A DNA stretch of 64,000 nucleotides, taken from an uncultured candidate division Zixibacteria bacterium (GTDB lineage: Bacteria; Zixibacteria; MSB-5A5; GN15; PGXB01). The position numbers and the translations under genes were made by a program. Shown piece by piece: positions 29,671 through 40,261 of the stretch; within the stretch, counting starts at the first letter, position 1; every line of letters begins with the position of its first letter. The DNA lies in the NCBI GenBank assembly GCA_963702205.1, contig OY969724.1, positions 352,001 through 416,000 on the forward strand, in the 5' to 3' direction. The notes under the pieces were generated by a model, which worked only from the letters and a program-made list of their open reading frames with translations, made no database searches and was not told the DNA's origin.

Positions 29671-31970
29671 CTATTGGATATTTTCCAGGCGGTGCAGGCG
29701 CCTAAGAGCGTCTTCCCGGTCCGCCGAGGACCGGTCGATATTTTTCCAGAGATCAACAAATCGCCTGTAATACTTGGCGGCGTCTTCGGTGCGGCCGACC
29801 TCTTCGTACGCCAAACCCAGATAATAGTACCTGCTTGACACCCCAGACGCCGAAATACAGCGGCCAGCAGTGATTGTATTTTTTCAGCAGCGGTTCGTAA
29901 ACCTCGATCGCCTCTTCTGTCCGGCCAGCCTTTTGCAGCGAACGTGCCAGCATGAATTCCGAATAAAAATCTGTATTGACTTCGACGACCTGTCGGAAAT
30001 TCTCGACCGCGGCGTCATAATTGCCGCGTACGAAATCTATTGACCCTTCGGCGTAATAGTACCTGATAAGACATGGCCCTGGCGCTGTCCAGATCGTGCT
30101 TGAGCGCGGCGGCGACACTGTCGGCCTCGGGCAAATTCCCGGCCTCTGCCAGCACCTGAACGTAAAACTCCCGCCACCGGTCCGCGCTGCCGGGCGCATA
30201 CCTGCCGAAAAGCTCCACTATTTCTCCCGCCGCCTTAACGGCTTCAGCATTGTTACCCGTTGCAAGGTACATATAGGCTTTGATAAGGTACTTATAAACT
30301 ATTTCCGTTTCAAAAGCGTCGCCCGTCTGTTCCTGCTGGTCGATTTCGATTCCCTGATCCAGACGGTTGAAGGCCTCTCCGAACTCACCCTGTCTCAAAT
30401 ATATGGAGGCCAGAAGCGAACGCGCTGTACTCCGGTCCATTTTTGACGGACTGTCCATTATTTTTCTGATCGTCGACTCGGCTTTGTCATAGTCACCCTT
30501 GAAAATGTACAATATGTCGAGGAAAATCATGGAATTGTAAAAGTCCGGCTTTATCGAAAGCGATTTTTCATACGATGCAATCGCATCATCCAGCAAACCG
30601 TTCTGCATACAGATGTCACCTTTAGTATCGTACGGATTAGCCTGATCGGGTTTCAGTCGGATATATTTATCCACCGCCGCGAGGGCACTGTCAACCTTAC
30701 CGAGATAATTATATCCGTAGGCCATGTAATTGTACGCCGAGGCGAAATCCGGATCGAGGGCGATGGCCTTTTGGGCATAAGCCACCGACTCGTTATACCG
30801 GGAGACACTATAATTATAGACGGCCAACTCATAATAGATCCCTTTGTCTCCCGGAAATCGCAGCGACGCCAATTCCAGCAGTTCAATGGCTTTCCCGTAT
30901 TCTCTCCTGGTTGCTTCGGCAAAGGCATAAATAAGAAATTTCTCCCTGGTCCCGGTTCGGTCGGAATATTTTTCGGCCTGATCTATATGATACTGACGTT
31001 TTTCGCCCCGGCCCAATCGCGCCAGATAGTAATGTACCATGGCGAAGGTCGAATCATAACTCAGAGCCCTTTCGAAACTAGCCCGGGCGTCATCATAATA
31101 TGCGTTTGAATACTGGTCTTTTCCCTCAATGAAGTAAAAATACGCTTTTTGCGAATGGGTCGTGAAATCGGCGACCGGGCGACCCGATTCATTCAGGGCT
31201 TTTTGCGGAAGAGTCAGTTCTTCCTTTATGAGCGCGGCCAGAGAATCGATCAGTGCGAATACTTCCTCGCCCTCTTTTCCAGTGATTGTCGTGCTGCCAA
31301 CAATGCTTTCCGTGGCGATTTTCGCAATACGGGTCGAAATAACTATGGCCGGCTCTTCCCTCAAAATAGTCCCGGTCAGCACCCATTTGGCTCCTGCTTG
31401 GCGCGCCTGTTCCATCATTTCGAATTGTACCCGAGCCGAGTCCCGATAACCCGCAGAGGACACGCCGGTATCCGCGATCGGCCTGAGTGGTACTATCTGC
31501 AAATAATCCGATTCCGCGAGGTCTGATGTCAGCAGACTGCCGCAAATCTCACCGAGGCGTTTTGCATCTCCGGGGTCGGCCATATTGACGAACGGTGCAA
31601 TCGCCAGCCGATTTTCCGACGCGATAACTTCATTGGTCGGATGAATCTTGATTTCCCAGGGCTGCACTATAAGAAAGATCAGAAATACGGCCGCCGCGGC
31701 GAAAACCGGGACGAATTTCATAATACGCGATTTCTTCTTGGTTTCCGTAGCGGTAGACGCCTGCTCGGAGTCCAGCTCCGCCACGAACCTGCGGATATCG
31801 GGATCGTGCTTCAAAAGCCGCACCGCCTCCTCGAAACTTCCGGCTTCGGCCATAAGCTCGTCGTTTTCCAGAAGATATATTTCCAACTGCCGGCGTTCGT
31901 CCTCGGTCAACAAACCGAGTTCGTAAGCCATCAACAGGTCGTCGAGATTTTTTTCGCGTTCGTCGGCCAT
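29671..31970 (-). CDS. Membrane anti-sigma-like protein with TolB-N/FlgO-like domain and TPR array (765 aa after correcting two frameshifts)
   Basis: N-terminal LLMAYELGLLTEDERRQLEIYL; one TM; RLAIAPFVN domain; many TPRs; removing one base at 30062/30063 and one at 29830/29831 gives YQYYYAEG...VKQYYYLGLAYEE...LENIQ*. Confidence 0.78.
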
Positions 31971-32513
31971 CTATTCGGCTCTTTTCTTTTCGAGGCATTC
32001 TTTCAGGGCTCGTCGGGCCCGTGAAAGAATAATGTACGCGTTACTCGTGGTCACGTTCATTTTCCCGCAGATTTCGGACGTCCCGAAACCCTGGTACTGC
32101 AGGTTCAATATGCGGGCAAATTTGCGGTTGGTGGCGCTGACTTTTTTCAGACATTCGAGCAGGTATCGTTTCAGATCGGGCGGTGCCGTCTGGGCGGCCG
32201 GTTCCGGCGCATTTTGCATGCCGCCGTCATAGGCGAACTTACGGGCCGCGGTCTTTTTGTCCCGATAATATCGGGCCAGCTTGAATTCAAGAACCTGATA
32301 CGCCCAGGCCGCAAAACTGGATTCTATCTCCAGCGCGGCGAATTTCTCGGAAATGGTCAGCATGGCCTCCTGCGCGATCTCCTCTATATCGGACCCGCTG
32401 CTTATTCTATGTCGCAGAAAGTATCGAAATCTATCGGATAATTTTTGAAACAGCACTTCCTTGACGCGGTCGTCTCCGGCCCGTGCTTTGTCATATAAAT
32501 CATTGATATTCAA
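31971..32513 (-). CDS. ECF-type RNA polymerase sigma factor
   Basis: Region 2 DIEEIAQEAML..SFAAWAYQV; region 4 GFGTSEICGKMNVTTSNAYIILSRARRALKECL; its stop abuts the next ATG. Confidence 0.88.
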   Translation of the reverse strand: MNINDLYDKARAGDDRVKEVLFQKLSDRFRYFLRHRISSGSDIEEIAQEAMLTISEKFAALEIESSFAAWAYQVLEFKLARYYRDKKTAARKFAYDGGMQNAPEPAAQTAPPDLKRYLLECLKKVSATNRKFARILNLQYQGFGTSEICGKMNVTTSNAYIILSRARRALKECLEKKRAE

Positions 32514-32723
32514 TTAAATGATCATCCGTTTGCCGCAACACGAGGCTAATATAATAAGGAAATCGGACCCTGAGCAAGACAATTAAGCCCATATTTGAAT
32601 CATCTCCATAATAAATGTCAGATTTGCGTCGCTTGTGATACTGACCAATAAATTGCAGTGATAACTTCATCATGGCCGGGTGGAAGATCAAATTTTTGAG
32701 TAAACCAACATGTGAGGTAATAT

Positions 32724-34388
32724 ATGAAACCGATAAAGATGCTTATACTGCTGCTTCCGGTGTTAATCGCGGCCGCGTCGTTCGGGCAGGACCTGCTGAT
32801 CAACCCGGAAAGTGTCGTCTTCGATTCCCTAAACGGACGCTATCTCGTGGCCAACTGGGCCGACGGAATCGTGGCGGTTGAGTACGACCTGACCCAGTCA
32901 CATTTTCAACAGGGTATCGGAACCAGAGTGGCCGGGATGTTTATCGTCGGCGATACGGTTTTCATCTCAACCGAAGACTTGCGAGGCTACGATTTAAACA
33001 CGGGCGAGGAAGTGGTCGACCTGTTCCTGGGAGCCACCCTCGACGGCCTTACCGCCGACACCTCCGGCAATCTTTACGCCGTCGATACCGGTGGGAGGAT
33101 TTTCAAAATCAGACTGAGCGATCTAAACGTTTCTATTTTTGTGTCGACGGGACTCGCCACGAACATTCAGGATATAGCCTTCGACAAATGGAACAATCGA
33201 CTCATTGCGGTCGAATACACGGCCTCGACCGGCATCAAGGCCGTCAGTCTGCCGGACGGGACAGTCTCCATCATCGCGACGCCCCCGTTCGGGTACTTCG
33301 ACGGGGTGACGGTCGATCTGGACGGCAACTTCTACGTTTCCTGCAGTACGGCGGGCACCGTGTATAAATTCGATAATACTTTTTCTCAAACGCCGGTTCA
33401 AATCGCTTCCGGACTCAGCGGTCCGGCCGGTTTGTGCTATGACACCTGGCACGACATGATCGTCGTCCCCAATTTCAACGCGGGAACGCTCAGTTTTCTG
33501 CCGCAGCACTATAAATTCACGGCCGATACCCCGCTGGGCTGGGCTCCCCTCCAAATGCAATTCACAGGTGAGTGTGATTTCGCCGTCGATACCTGGAGCT
33601 GGGAATTCGGCAATGGCGGCATTGGCGACGGACAAAATGTTGCATATACATACAATACGCCCGGTACGTATGACGTTACCATGAACGTGACGTACGGTAC
33701 CGAATCCAGGTCACGTACAATGTATAAATACATCACGGCGTTGGCTGACACCATGATGGCCTCGGAATACAAGGCCGTGGAAGGTGAAGAAGTCGAAATC
33801 ATCATATATGCCAGAAATACCATCCCGGTCTCGAAATTCAGCATACCGGTTGAATATTCCGGGTCGCTGGCTCTGACATTCGATTCCAGTTCCCGGGTCG
33901 GCTGCCGCACCGAATACTTCGACGGTGACTATTATGCCGATAATGACGCCATCAACCGTGAACTGACCGTGGTCATCAGAAATACTTCATCTTCAACACC
34001 CGATCTTGATCCGGGGTATGGGCCAATTTTGAAACTCTATTTCAGCCCGCCGGCCAGTATTCCCGCCGGCCGCTCGACCACTATTTATTTGGACGGCTAC
34101 GCTACTCGCCATCCGCAATTCACCGGCGGTCAATATTTTATCACGGTACCGACGGTCAGCGGGCGGGTTTTCTCCTTTATCTGCGGCGACGTCAACGCCG
34201 ACACATTCGTCAACCTGATTGATATCTTGTACTTAATAGACAATTTGTACGGACAACCGCCGGGTCCGGTGCCGAATCCCCCCGAATCGGGCGACGTCAA
34301 CGGCGATAGTTTCCGCAACCTGATTGATATTTTATACCTGATTGACTTTCTGTACGGACAACCGCCGGGTCCGAATCCGATCTGCTAA
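32724..34388 (+). CDS. Secreted SMP-30/NHL-like beta-propeller protein with PKD, cohesin-like and tandem dockerin-like domains
   Basis: Signal peptide; DGLTADTSGNLY and DGVTVDLDGNFY blades; PKD WSWEFGNG..YNTPGTYDVTM; two GDVNxDxxxNLIDILYLIDxLYGQPPGP repeats. Confidence 0.82.
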   Translation: MKPIKMLILLLPVLIAAASFGQDLLINPESVVFDSLNGRYLVANWADGIVAVEYDLTQSHFQQGIGTRVAGMFIVGDTVFISTEDLRGYDLNTGEEVVDLFLGATLDGLTADTSGNLYAVDTGGRIFKIRLSDLNVSIFVSTGLATNIQDIAFDKWNNRLIAVEYTASTGIKAVSLPDGTVSIIATPPFGYFDGVTVDLDGNFYVSCSTAGTVYKFDNTFSQTPVQIASGLSGPAGLCYDTWHDMIVVPNFNAGTLSFLPQHYKFTADTPLGWAPLQMQFTGECDFAVDTWSWEFGNGGIGDGQNVAYTYNTPGTYDVTMNVTYGTESRSRTMYKYITALADTMMASEYKAVEGEEVEIIIYARNTIPVSKFSIPVEYSGSLALTFDSSSRVGCRTEYFDGDYYADNDAINRELTVVIRNTSSSTPDLDPGYGPILKLYFSPPASIPAGRSTTIYLDGYATRHPQFTGGQYFITVPTVSGRVFSFICGDVNADTFVNLIDILYLIDNLYGQPPGPVPNPPESGDVNGDSFRNLIDILYLIDFLYGQPPGPNPIC

Positions 34389-34415
34389 AAGCAACCCCTG
34401 TTTGACACCCCACAA

Positions 34416-34449
34416 GGAAGGCGACCTCCTCGGTCGCCTTCCGCATTTT
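34416..34449 (+). terminator. Probable terminator hairpin
   Basis: Perfect 11-bp stem GGAAGGCGACC-TCCTC-GGTCGCCTTCC, then GCATTTT. Confidence 0.6.
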
Positions 34450-34498
34450 GGTGGGACAATTTTCTCCATTTTTTATCGGGAAATTGTATATTCGAGGT

Positions 34499-35431
34499 AT
34501 GAACACGACAACCACGACCGACAATATTTCATTTCGCTCCGGTGTCTTCTATGCAATATTGGCGTACACCACCTGGGGCCTCGGCCCGATTTATTTTAAA
34601 GCTATCGCGGAGGTTCCGGCGTCGGAAGTCCTCGCTCATCGCATTGTCTGGTCGGTCGTTTTTCTTTATGCTTCGTCGATTGTCCTTAAAAATTTCGGGG
34701 ACATAAAAAGAGCCTTGTCATCACCTCAAGCCCTGAAATACCTCGGGGCCACTACGGTCCTGATTGCAATAAACTGGTACGCTTTCATCTGGTCGATTGA
34801 AAACGACCAGGTTTTGCAGGCCAGCCTCGGCTATTTCATAAATCCGCTGATAAACGTTCTTCTGGGCGCGTTGTTTCTAAAAGAAAAGCTGGGGCGTCTG
34901 GCAAAAATCAGTATTGCCTTCGCCGCCGTCGGGGTCACCCTGATGATCGTCAAGAGTGCCGTCGTGCCGGTTGCCGGTCTGGTACTGGCATTCACGTTTG
35001 CATTTTACGGTTTGTTGCGCAAAATCGCCCCGGTCGGGGCCGTCCCGGGTCTTTCCGTCGAAACCACACTCTTATGCCTCCCCGCTCTGGCCTACCTGTT
35101 CTGGCTGGGACACGATAACACCCTCGTCTTAGGGCACACCTCGCTCGGCACGACTCTACTTTTAACCGTCGCGGGACCGTGGACGTCTCTTCCGCTGATC
35201 TGGTTTGCCAAAGGCGCACGGCGGCTGAGGCTGTCCACAGTCGGATTTTTGCAGTACATCGCCCCGACTCTGCATTTCGTCCTGGCCGTCGTGATATACG
35301 GCGAACCGTTCGGTATAGTGCATTTGCTTTCTTTCATATGCATCTGGACCGGGCTCGTTATTTTTACTTTCGATTCTTTCCGGCGTGCGCGAAAAGGCAT
35401 CAAGCATAATAACAAACTCGCCACTAATTGA
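34499..35431 (+). CDS. rarD: EamA family transporter RarD
   Basis: WGLGPIYFK, EVLAHRIVWS, QASLGYFINPL, GFLQYIAPTL. Confidence 0.88.
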   Translation: MNTTTTTDNISFRSGVFYAILAYTTWGLGPIYFKAIAEVPASEVLAHRIVWSVVFLYASSIVLKNFGDIKRALSSPQALKYLGATTVLIAINWYAFIWSIENDQVLQASLGYFINPLINVLLGALFLKEKLGRLAKISIAFAAVGVTLMIVKSAVVPVAGLVLAFTFAFYGLLRKIAPVGAVPGLSVETTLLCLPALAYLFWLGHDNTLVLGHTSLGTTLLLTVAGPWTSLPLIWFAKGARRLRLSTVGFLQYIAPTLHFVLAVVIYGEPFGIVHLLSFICIWTGLVIFTFDSFRRARKGIKHNNKLATN

Positions 35432-35469
35432 ATTTTCCTCTGCTGAACATGGTTAGCTCGAAGATCATG

Positions 35470-37524
35470 CTAAGGATGAAGAGAATCCTTTAACGCATCG
35501 GCAACCTTTTGAAGCTCCTCAAGACGGCTCTGATACGACGGATCGGATGGCCCGTCTTTCTTGTACGCCTCAAAATACCCGGAGAAGTCACCGAATTTCA
35601 ACTTGCGTACCGCTATCTTCGCCAGCCAGTAATTACCGGAGGAGCCGTCCGGCCCCAGTGCCAACAGATGACGCGCAAAATAGGTCGAGGAGTCATAATT
35701 CTGCGCCTGATAATACAGCCACGCCAGCGAGCTGACCACAAACGGATTGGACGCGCTTAGCCGATAGCTCGCTTCGAACCAGTACTTCGCGCTGTCGAGC
35801 TTTTTCAAACCGGTAAATATTATGCCCCGGTCGCACAGCGTCAGGCCGTTGTTCGGTTCCAGTTGAAGAGCCCTGTTTGATTCTTCGAGAGCTTTACTAT
35901 ACTCACCGGACATATAGTACACGCCGCCTTTAAGGTTATGGTACCCCGACAAGAATTTATTCGGCTTGATCGACGCCAGGTACGATCGGGCGGTCTCTCC
36001 ATCCCAGGCCTGAAGAGCCTCCAGCGCACCCCGGAGTTTGACCGCATCGGGATAGTACTTTGGATACAGATAATTCAGCGAATCGGCCGCATGCTGGTCG
36101 CCGTGGTATTCATAGTAGGTACACAGTACAATAAAGCTCGAAATCGATTTGCTTCTATCGAGATTAATAATGTACTTAATATACCGCACCGATGAGGCTT
36201 CAGAGAGATCGGTCACGATGTACGGCAGCACTAACAACGCCGCCATCCCGGTCATTGGCAACACCCTGCCGGACAATACCCTGAGACGGTTCGGGGGTAT
36301 CAGCATCAACGTCAGTACGGTCAGCGCCAGAAACGACGGGGACATCAGGTCCCAGTCACGCGCCATAGTCAACTGCGGGTCGACGACAAATAAAAACAGC
36401 AAACTGCCGATGGATGACAGTATCAGGAAGTACGAGTACGGTTTCTTAAAGAAAAGTTTCCATTCATTGCCGACCAATAGTACAAGTAATATAAGATATG
36501 GCGACAATATAAACGACAGGTTCAATATATCCAATAAATGAGAAGTACTGAAGATAAAATAATCCTCGTCGATCGGTTTGCCGCTGAACGGCCATAAAAA
36601 TATATTTTCGATAAACAGGTTGCTCTGGATTTTTAAAAATAACAGTACAACCGCTGCGATCGCACTCGCTCCAACAATTACCCAAAATGGAATTTTAAAT
36701 TTCGCGTAGAGCTTTTTACCTTTTTCGCGCGAAAAAGCCAGGCCGATCAGGGCCGGCCCAAAAACGAACATATAGAGATGCACGAACGCCCCCAGCACAA
36801 ATAACAGCACCGCTCGCCAAAGATCCCGACCGGTGTTGATATATCTCAAACTGAAATAAAAGAACCCGGCTATACCCACCCACAACAGCGGATAGCTTTC
36901 GGCATAACCGAAAAAAAGCAATGAAACGCCTGAAAAAGTCAAAACTGCCAGACCGAGAAAGCGGCGGACTTTATCCTTGCCCAATTCCCGCGCCATGAGA
37001 AGGAAGAAATACATGACGATTATTCCAGAAACGACCGAGACGATCTGAAACGAAAGCTGGGCATTGGCGACGCTTCGATCCCCCAAAAGCGACTGCAAAA
37101 GCAGCGTGACATTCGTTATGCCCTGTTCACTCCATTTATGAATGACAAATTGATTGGCCCCGATATTGTTGATCTGCATATAACCGTCGCCGAGGAAATG
37201 AGTCGGCATGACAAATATGCCAAACACAACTCCTGCAACGAGTGCGCGGACAATCCGGTTGACCACCTGCCGTTTGTGCTCGAAGAAAAAATAGTCGAAC
37301 CGCTCGACGGCTATTTCTCCGATCTTCTGCACCGGTCTGATATAATAGGCGGCCAGGACCAGCACCCCCGCGACGGCATACGCGACCGCGAACCATCCCG
37401 GCAGAAATATCAGATGATTGACTCCCCACAGCCGCGCGGTCGGAAATATGTACCCCGCAAACCGCAGGACAAACAGCAGGACCATGAATTTGAACACGGT
37501 CTGAATGGTTTTGTCGTTACTCAT
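35470..37524 (-). CDS. Polytopic membrane protein with C-terminal TPRs (possible GT-C-type glycosyltransferase)
   Basis: More than 10 TM segments; HFLGDGY, FFGYAESY and RDWDL loops; C-terminal TPR-like helices. Confidence 0.6.
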   Translation of the reverse strand: MSNDKTIQTVFKFMVLLFVLRFAGYIFPTARLWGVNHLIFLPGWFAVAYAVAGVLVLAAYYIRPVQKIGEIAVERFDYFFFEHKRQVVNRIVRALVAGVVFGIFVMPTHFLGDGYMQINNIGANQFVIHKWSEQGITNVTLLLQSLLGDRSVANAQLSFQIVSVVSGIIVMYFFLLMARELGKDKVRRFLGLAVLTFSGVSLLFFGYAESYPLLWVGIAGFFYFSLRYINTGRDLWRAVLLFVLGAFVHLYMFVFGPALIGLAFSREKGKKLYAKFKIPFWVIVGASAIAAVVLLFLKIQSNLFIENIFLWPFSGKPIDEDYFIFSTSHLLDILNLSFILSPYLILLVLLVGNEWKLFFKKPYSYFLILSSIGSLLFLFVVDPQLTMARDWDLMSPSFLALTVLTLMLIPPNRLRVLSGRVLPMTGMAALLVLPYIVTDLSEASSVRYIKYIINLDRSKSISSFIVLCTYYEYHGDQHAADSLNYLYPKYYPDAVKLRGALEALQAWDGETARSYLASIKPNKFLSGYHNLKGGVYYMSGEYSKALEESNRALQLEPNNGLTLCDRGIIFTGLKKLDSAKYWFEASYRLSASNPFVVSSLAWLYYQAQNYDSSTYFARHLLALGPDGSSGNYWLAKIAVRKLKFGDFSGYFEAYKKDGPSDPSYQSRLEELQKVADALKDSLHP

Positions 37525-37647
37525 CTCGTATGAAAATAGCAGCAGTTCATTTCACGTAATATAAGAAGCCGGGGAGAGGTCTGAAAAGAATAAATTCATC
37601 CACTCTCGCTCTTGACATTCCCGCTGTAATCAGCAAAATTGCACCGC

Positions 37648-38820
37648 ATGAGCATATTCGCATTTTTAGCGTCATTGGCGGCGATACTGATTATCTCCCG
37701 GCGCAACCTCGCCGCCGCCATAATCACCGGGGCTCTGCTTCTCGGACTGATCGCCCTCCCGTTCGACAAGCTGATCGACCGCATCGTCTTCACGTTCACC
37801 GACTATGAAATTATAATTCTCACCCTTGCCGTCGGCATCATCCCGCTGATCGGCGGCGCGATGAAAAAAAGCGGCCAGATCGACAGCCTGGTCGAAAACG
37901 TCCGCATCAAACAAAAGCACATGCTCGCTTTCTCCCCCGCCCTGATGGGCCTCCTGCCAATGCCCGGCGGTGCGCTGTTGTCGGCTCCGATTATGGAGCG
38001 CTCCGGTCACGGTGTCCCCGGCGAGGTCGTCGCCGCCGCCAACGACTGGTTTCGCCACCTGTTCATCCTGGCCTACCCGCTCGCCCCGGCCCTGATCGTC
38101 CTGACCGGCATCACCGGCCTCGATATATACGAAAGCATTCTCTATATCCTGCCGTTCGGTGTGGTTGCGACTGTCATCGGCTACCTGTTCTTTTTGCGCA
38201 AAGTCGACGGCAGCATCGCGCGGCCGAACGGATTCTCGTTCAAAGGCCTCATGGTCCCGCTGACCGTAATACTATCCGCCCCGCTGATAGATTTTGTCCT
38301 CAAAAAATTGTTCGGCCTCGGCAACACCGCGACTTTTATTGGCGTCGTGGTTGGTTTAATATTGTCCCTTGTTCTGAGCGTAAAAAAACTGCCCCTGCTC
38401 GGCCTGATTAAAGAAATGCGACCGTGGAATTTCGCCCTGATCATTATCGGGATGTTCATGTATTTATATATTTTCGAAGCGACCGATATCGGCCCCATCA
38501 TCGCCGGACTGCCCCTGCCGCCGCTTCTGCTGGCGGTCACGGCCGGTTTTGCTCTGGGCTTTCTGACCGGCCGCGTCCACCTTCCCGGCTCGATCATTTT
38601 CCCCGTCTACCTTGCCGCCGCCGGTGCGATTACACCGTTTATCTTCTCTTTGATCTACGTCGGAATATATTTCGGCTATATCATTTCACCGGTCCACCCC
38701 TGCCTGGTTGTCACCTGCGAATATTTCCGGATACCGATCCGCGATATGATCAAAAAGCTGGCCGCCCCGACCGCAATCGTCATGGGGCTGATTGTCGCCA
38801 TCTCGTCGTTTATTATCTGA
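37648..38820 (+). CDS. DUF401 family membrane protein (putative transporter)
   Basis: GLLPMPGGALLSAP, WFRH and ISPVHPCLVVT motifs; polytopic. Confidence 0.75.
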   Translation: MSIFAFLASLAAILIISRRNLAAAIITGALLLGLIALPFDKLIDRIVFTFTDYEIIILTLAVGIIPLIGGAMKKSGQIDSLVENVRIKQKHMLAFSPALMGLLPMPGGALLSAPIMERSGHGVPGEVVAAANDWFRHLFILAYPLAPALIVLTGITGLDIYESILYILPFGVVATVIGYLFFLRKVDGSIARPNGFSFKGLMVPLTVILSAPLIDFVLKKLFGLGNTATFIGVVVGLILSLVLSVKKLPLLGLIKEMRPWNFALIIIGMFMYLYIFEATDIGPIIAGLPLPPLLLAVTAGFALGFLTGRVHLPGSIIFPVYLAAAGAITPFIFSLIYVGIYFGYIISPVHPCLVVTCEYFRIPIRDMIKKLAAPTAIVMGLIVAISSFII

Positions 38821-38875
38821 TTTCCCGTACGAAAAAGGCCGTCATCATTGACCTTTTGATAAATTTTGATTACTT

Positions 38876-40180
38876 ATGGGGGCCATGATTCACGCCGACT
38901 TTGAAAAATTCCTTTGGGGTGTCGCCACCTCGGCTTATCAGATCGAGGGCCACCTCCAAAACGACATGACCGAATGGGAAACGCTCGGGCATTTCCGAAA
39001 TAACGGCCACAATCCGGTCGTGGGCGACGCCGTCGATCACTGGAACCGCTGGGAAGAAGACTTCGTCTTGTTGAAAGAACTCGGCGTGAACTCATACCGC
39101 TTTTCGGTCGAGTGGGCGCGCATCGAACCCGAGCCGGGGCGCTTCGACCATAATGCTATTAAACAATATCGCCGCATGATCAACCGGTTGATTGAGTACG
39201 GTATTATGCCTATGGTCACCCTACATCATTTCTCCAACCCGGCCTGGCTGCACCACCGCTGCCCCTGGCATCGCCCCGAAGCCGCAAAGGCCTTTGTTGA
39301 CTTTGCTAAGATCGTATCCAAGGAGCTTCTCGAGAACGTCCCGCTGGTTGTGACTTTCAACGAGCCGATGGTCTGGCTGCTGGCGGCATACGCCGACGCC
39401 AAATTCCCACCCGGCTTCGCCGATTTTCGGATTCTGTCGGGCGCGCTGTACAGCATGCTCTACGCCCACCGGCAGGCGTACGATCTGATTAAGCACGATC
39501 ATCCTGATATCAAAATCGGCCTGGCCCACAACCTGATCATTTTCAAAGAGGGTCGGCGGGGGCACTTTATCGACGGCAAAATCGCGCAGATAATTCATTC
39601 GTTCTATAACATGCTCATCCCGAAGGCCTTCGTCGAAAACCGTCTCAAATTCCATTTCCCGCTGATTTTCAATATCGATATGCCAATCGAGCTCGACAAC
39701 AAAATCGACTTCTGGGGCATTAACTATTATTACCGGATGAACGTCCGCTTCAAGCCCAGCCTTAAACTCCCGTTCAAGCTCTATTTTGACCCGCCCGCCG
39801 AGCATAAAAAATCCGATCTCGGCTGGGAAATCTACGCCAAAGGTCTGAAGAAAGTCTGCGGCTGGATGAACGAGTTCGGCAAGCCGCTGTATATCACCGA
39901 GAATGGTATCGCCGCCGAGGACGACAAACAAAGAGTCGTCTTCCTCACCAAACATTTAAACAAGCTGGCCGAAATTAGGCAGGAAATGCCGAACATCCGG
40001 GGCTATTACCACTGGTCGTTGATGGACAACTACGAATGGCTGGTGGGGTATAAGGCCAAATTCGGGCTGTGCAGCGTCGATTTTGACGACGGATTAAAAC
40101 GCACCATCAAGCCGAGCGGTCTTTTCTACCGCGACCACATTTTATCTCATTCACCGGCAACGACTTCCGCAACCGAATAA
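38876..40180 (+). CDS. Glycoside hydrolase family 1 (beta-glucosidase-like), no signal peptide
   Basis: FLWGVATSAYQIEG, RFSVEWARIEP, catalytic TFNEP and ITENG, WSLMDNYEW. Confidence 0.92.
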   Translation: MGAMIHADFEKFLWGVATSAYQIEGHLQNDMTEWETLGHFRNNGHNPVVGDAVDHWNRWEEDFVLLKELGVNSYRFSVEWARIEPEPGRFDHNAIKQYRRMINRLIEYGIMPMVTLHHFSNPAWLHHRCPWHRPEAAKAFVDFAKIVSKELLENVPLVVTFNEPMVWLLAAYADAKFPPGFADFRILSGALYSMLYAHRQAYDLIKHDHPDIKIGLAHNLIIFKEGRRGHFIDGKIAQIIHSFYNMLIPKAFVENRLKFHFPLIFNIDMPIELDNKIDFWGINYYYRMNVRFKPSLKLPFKLYFDPPAEHKKSDLGWEIYAKGLKKVCGWMNEFGKPLYITENGIAAEDDKQRVVFLTKHLNKLAEIRQEMPNIRGYYHWSLMDNYEWLVGYKAKFGLCSVDFDDGLKRTIKPSGLFYRDHILSHSPATTSATE

Positions 40181-40261
40181 TTTACCCAATCTTAATTTTG
40201 TCTTAATCTCGGCTTAACCTAAAAGCCGATAATACTTCATGAAAGAGCGGGATAATATGCC

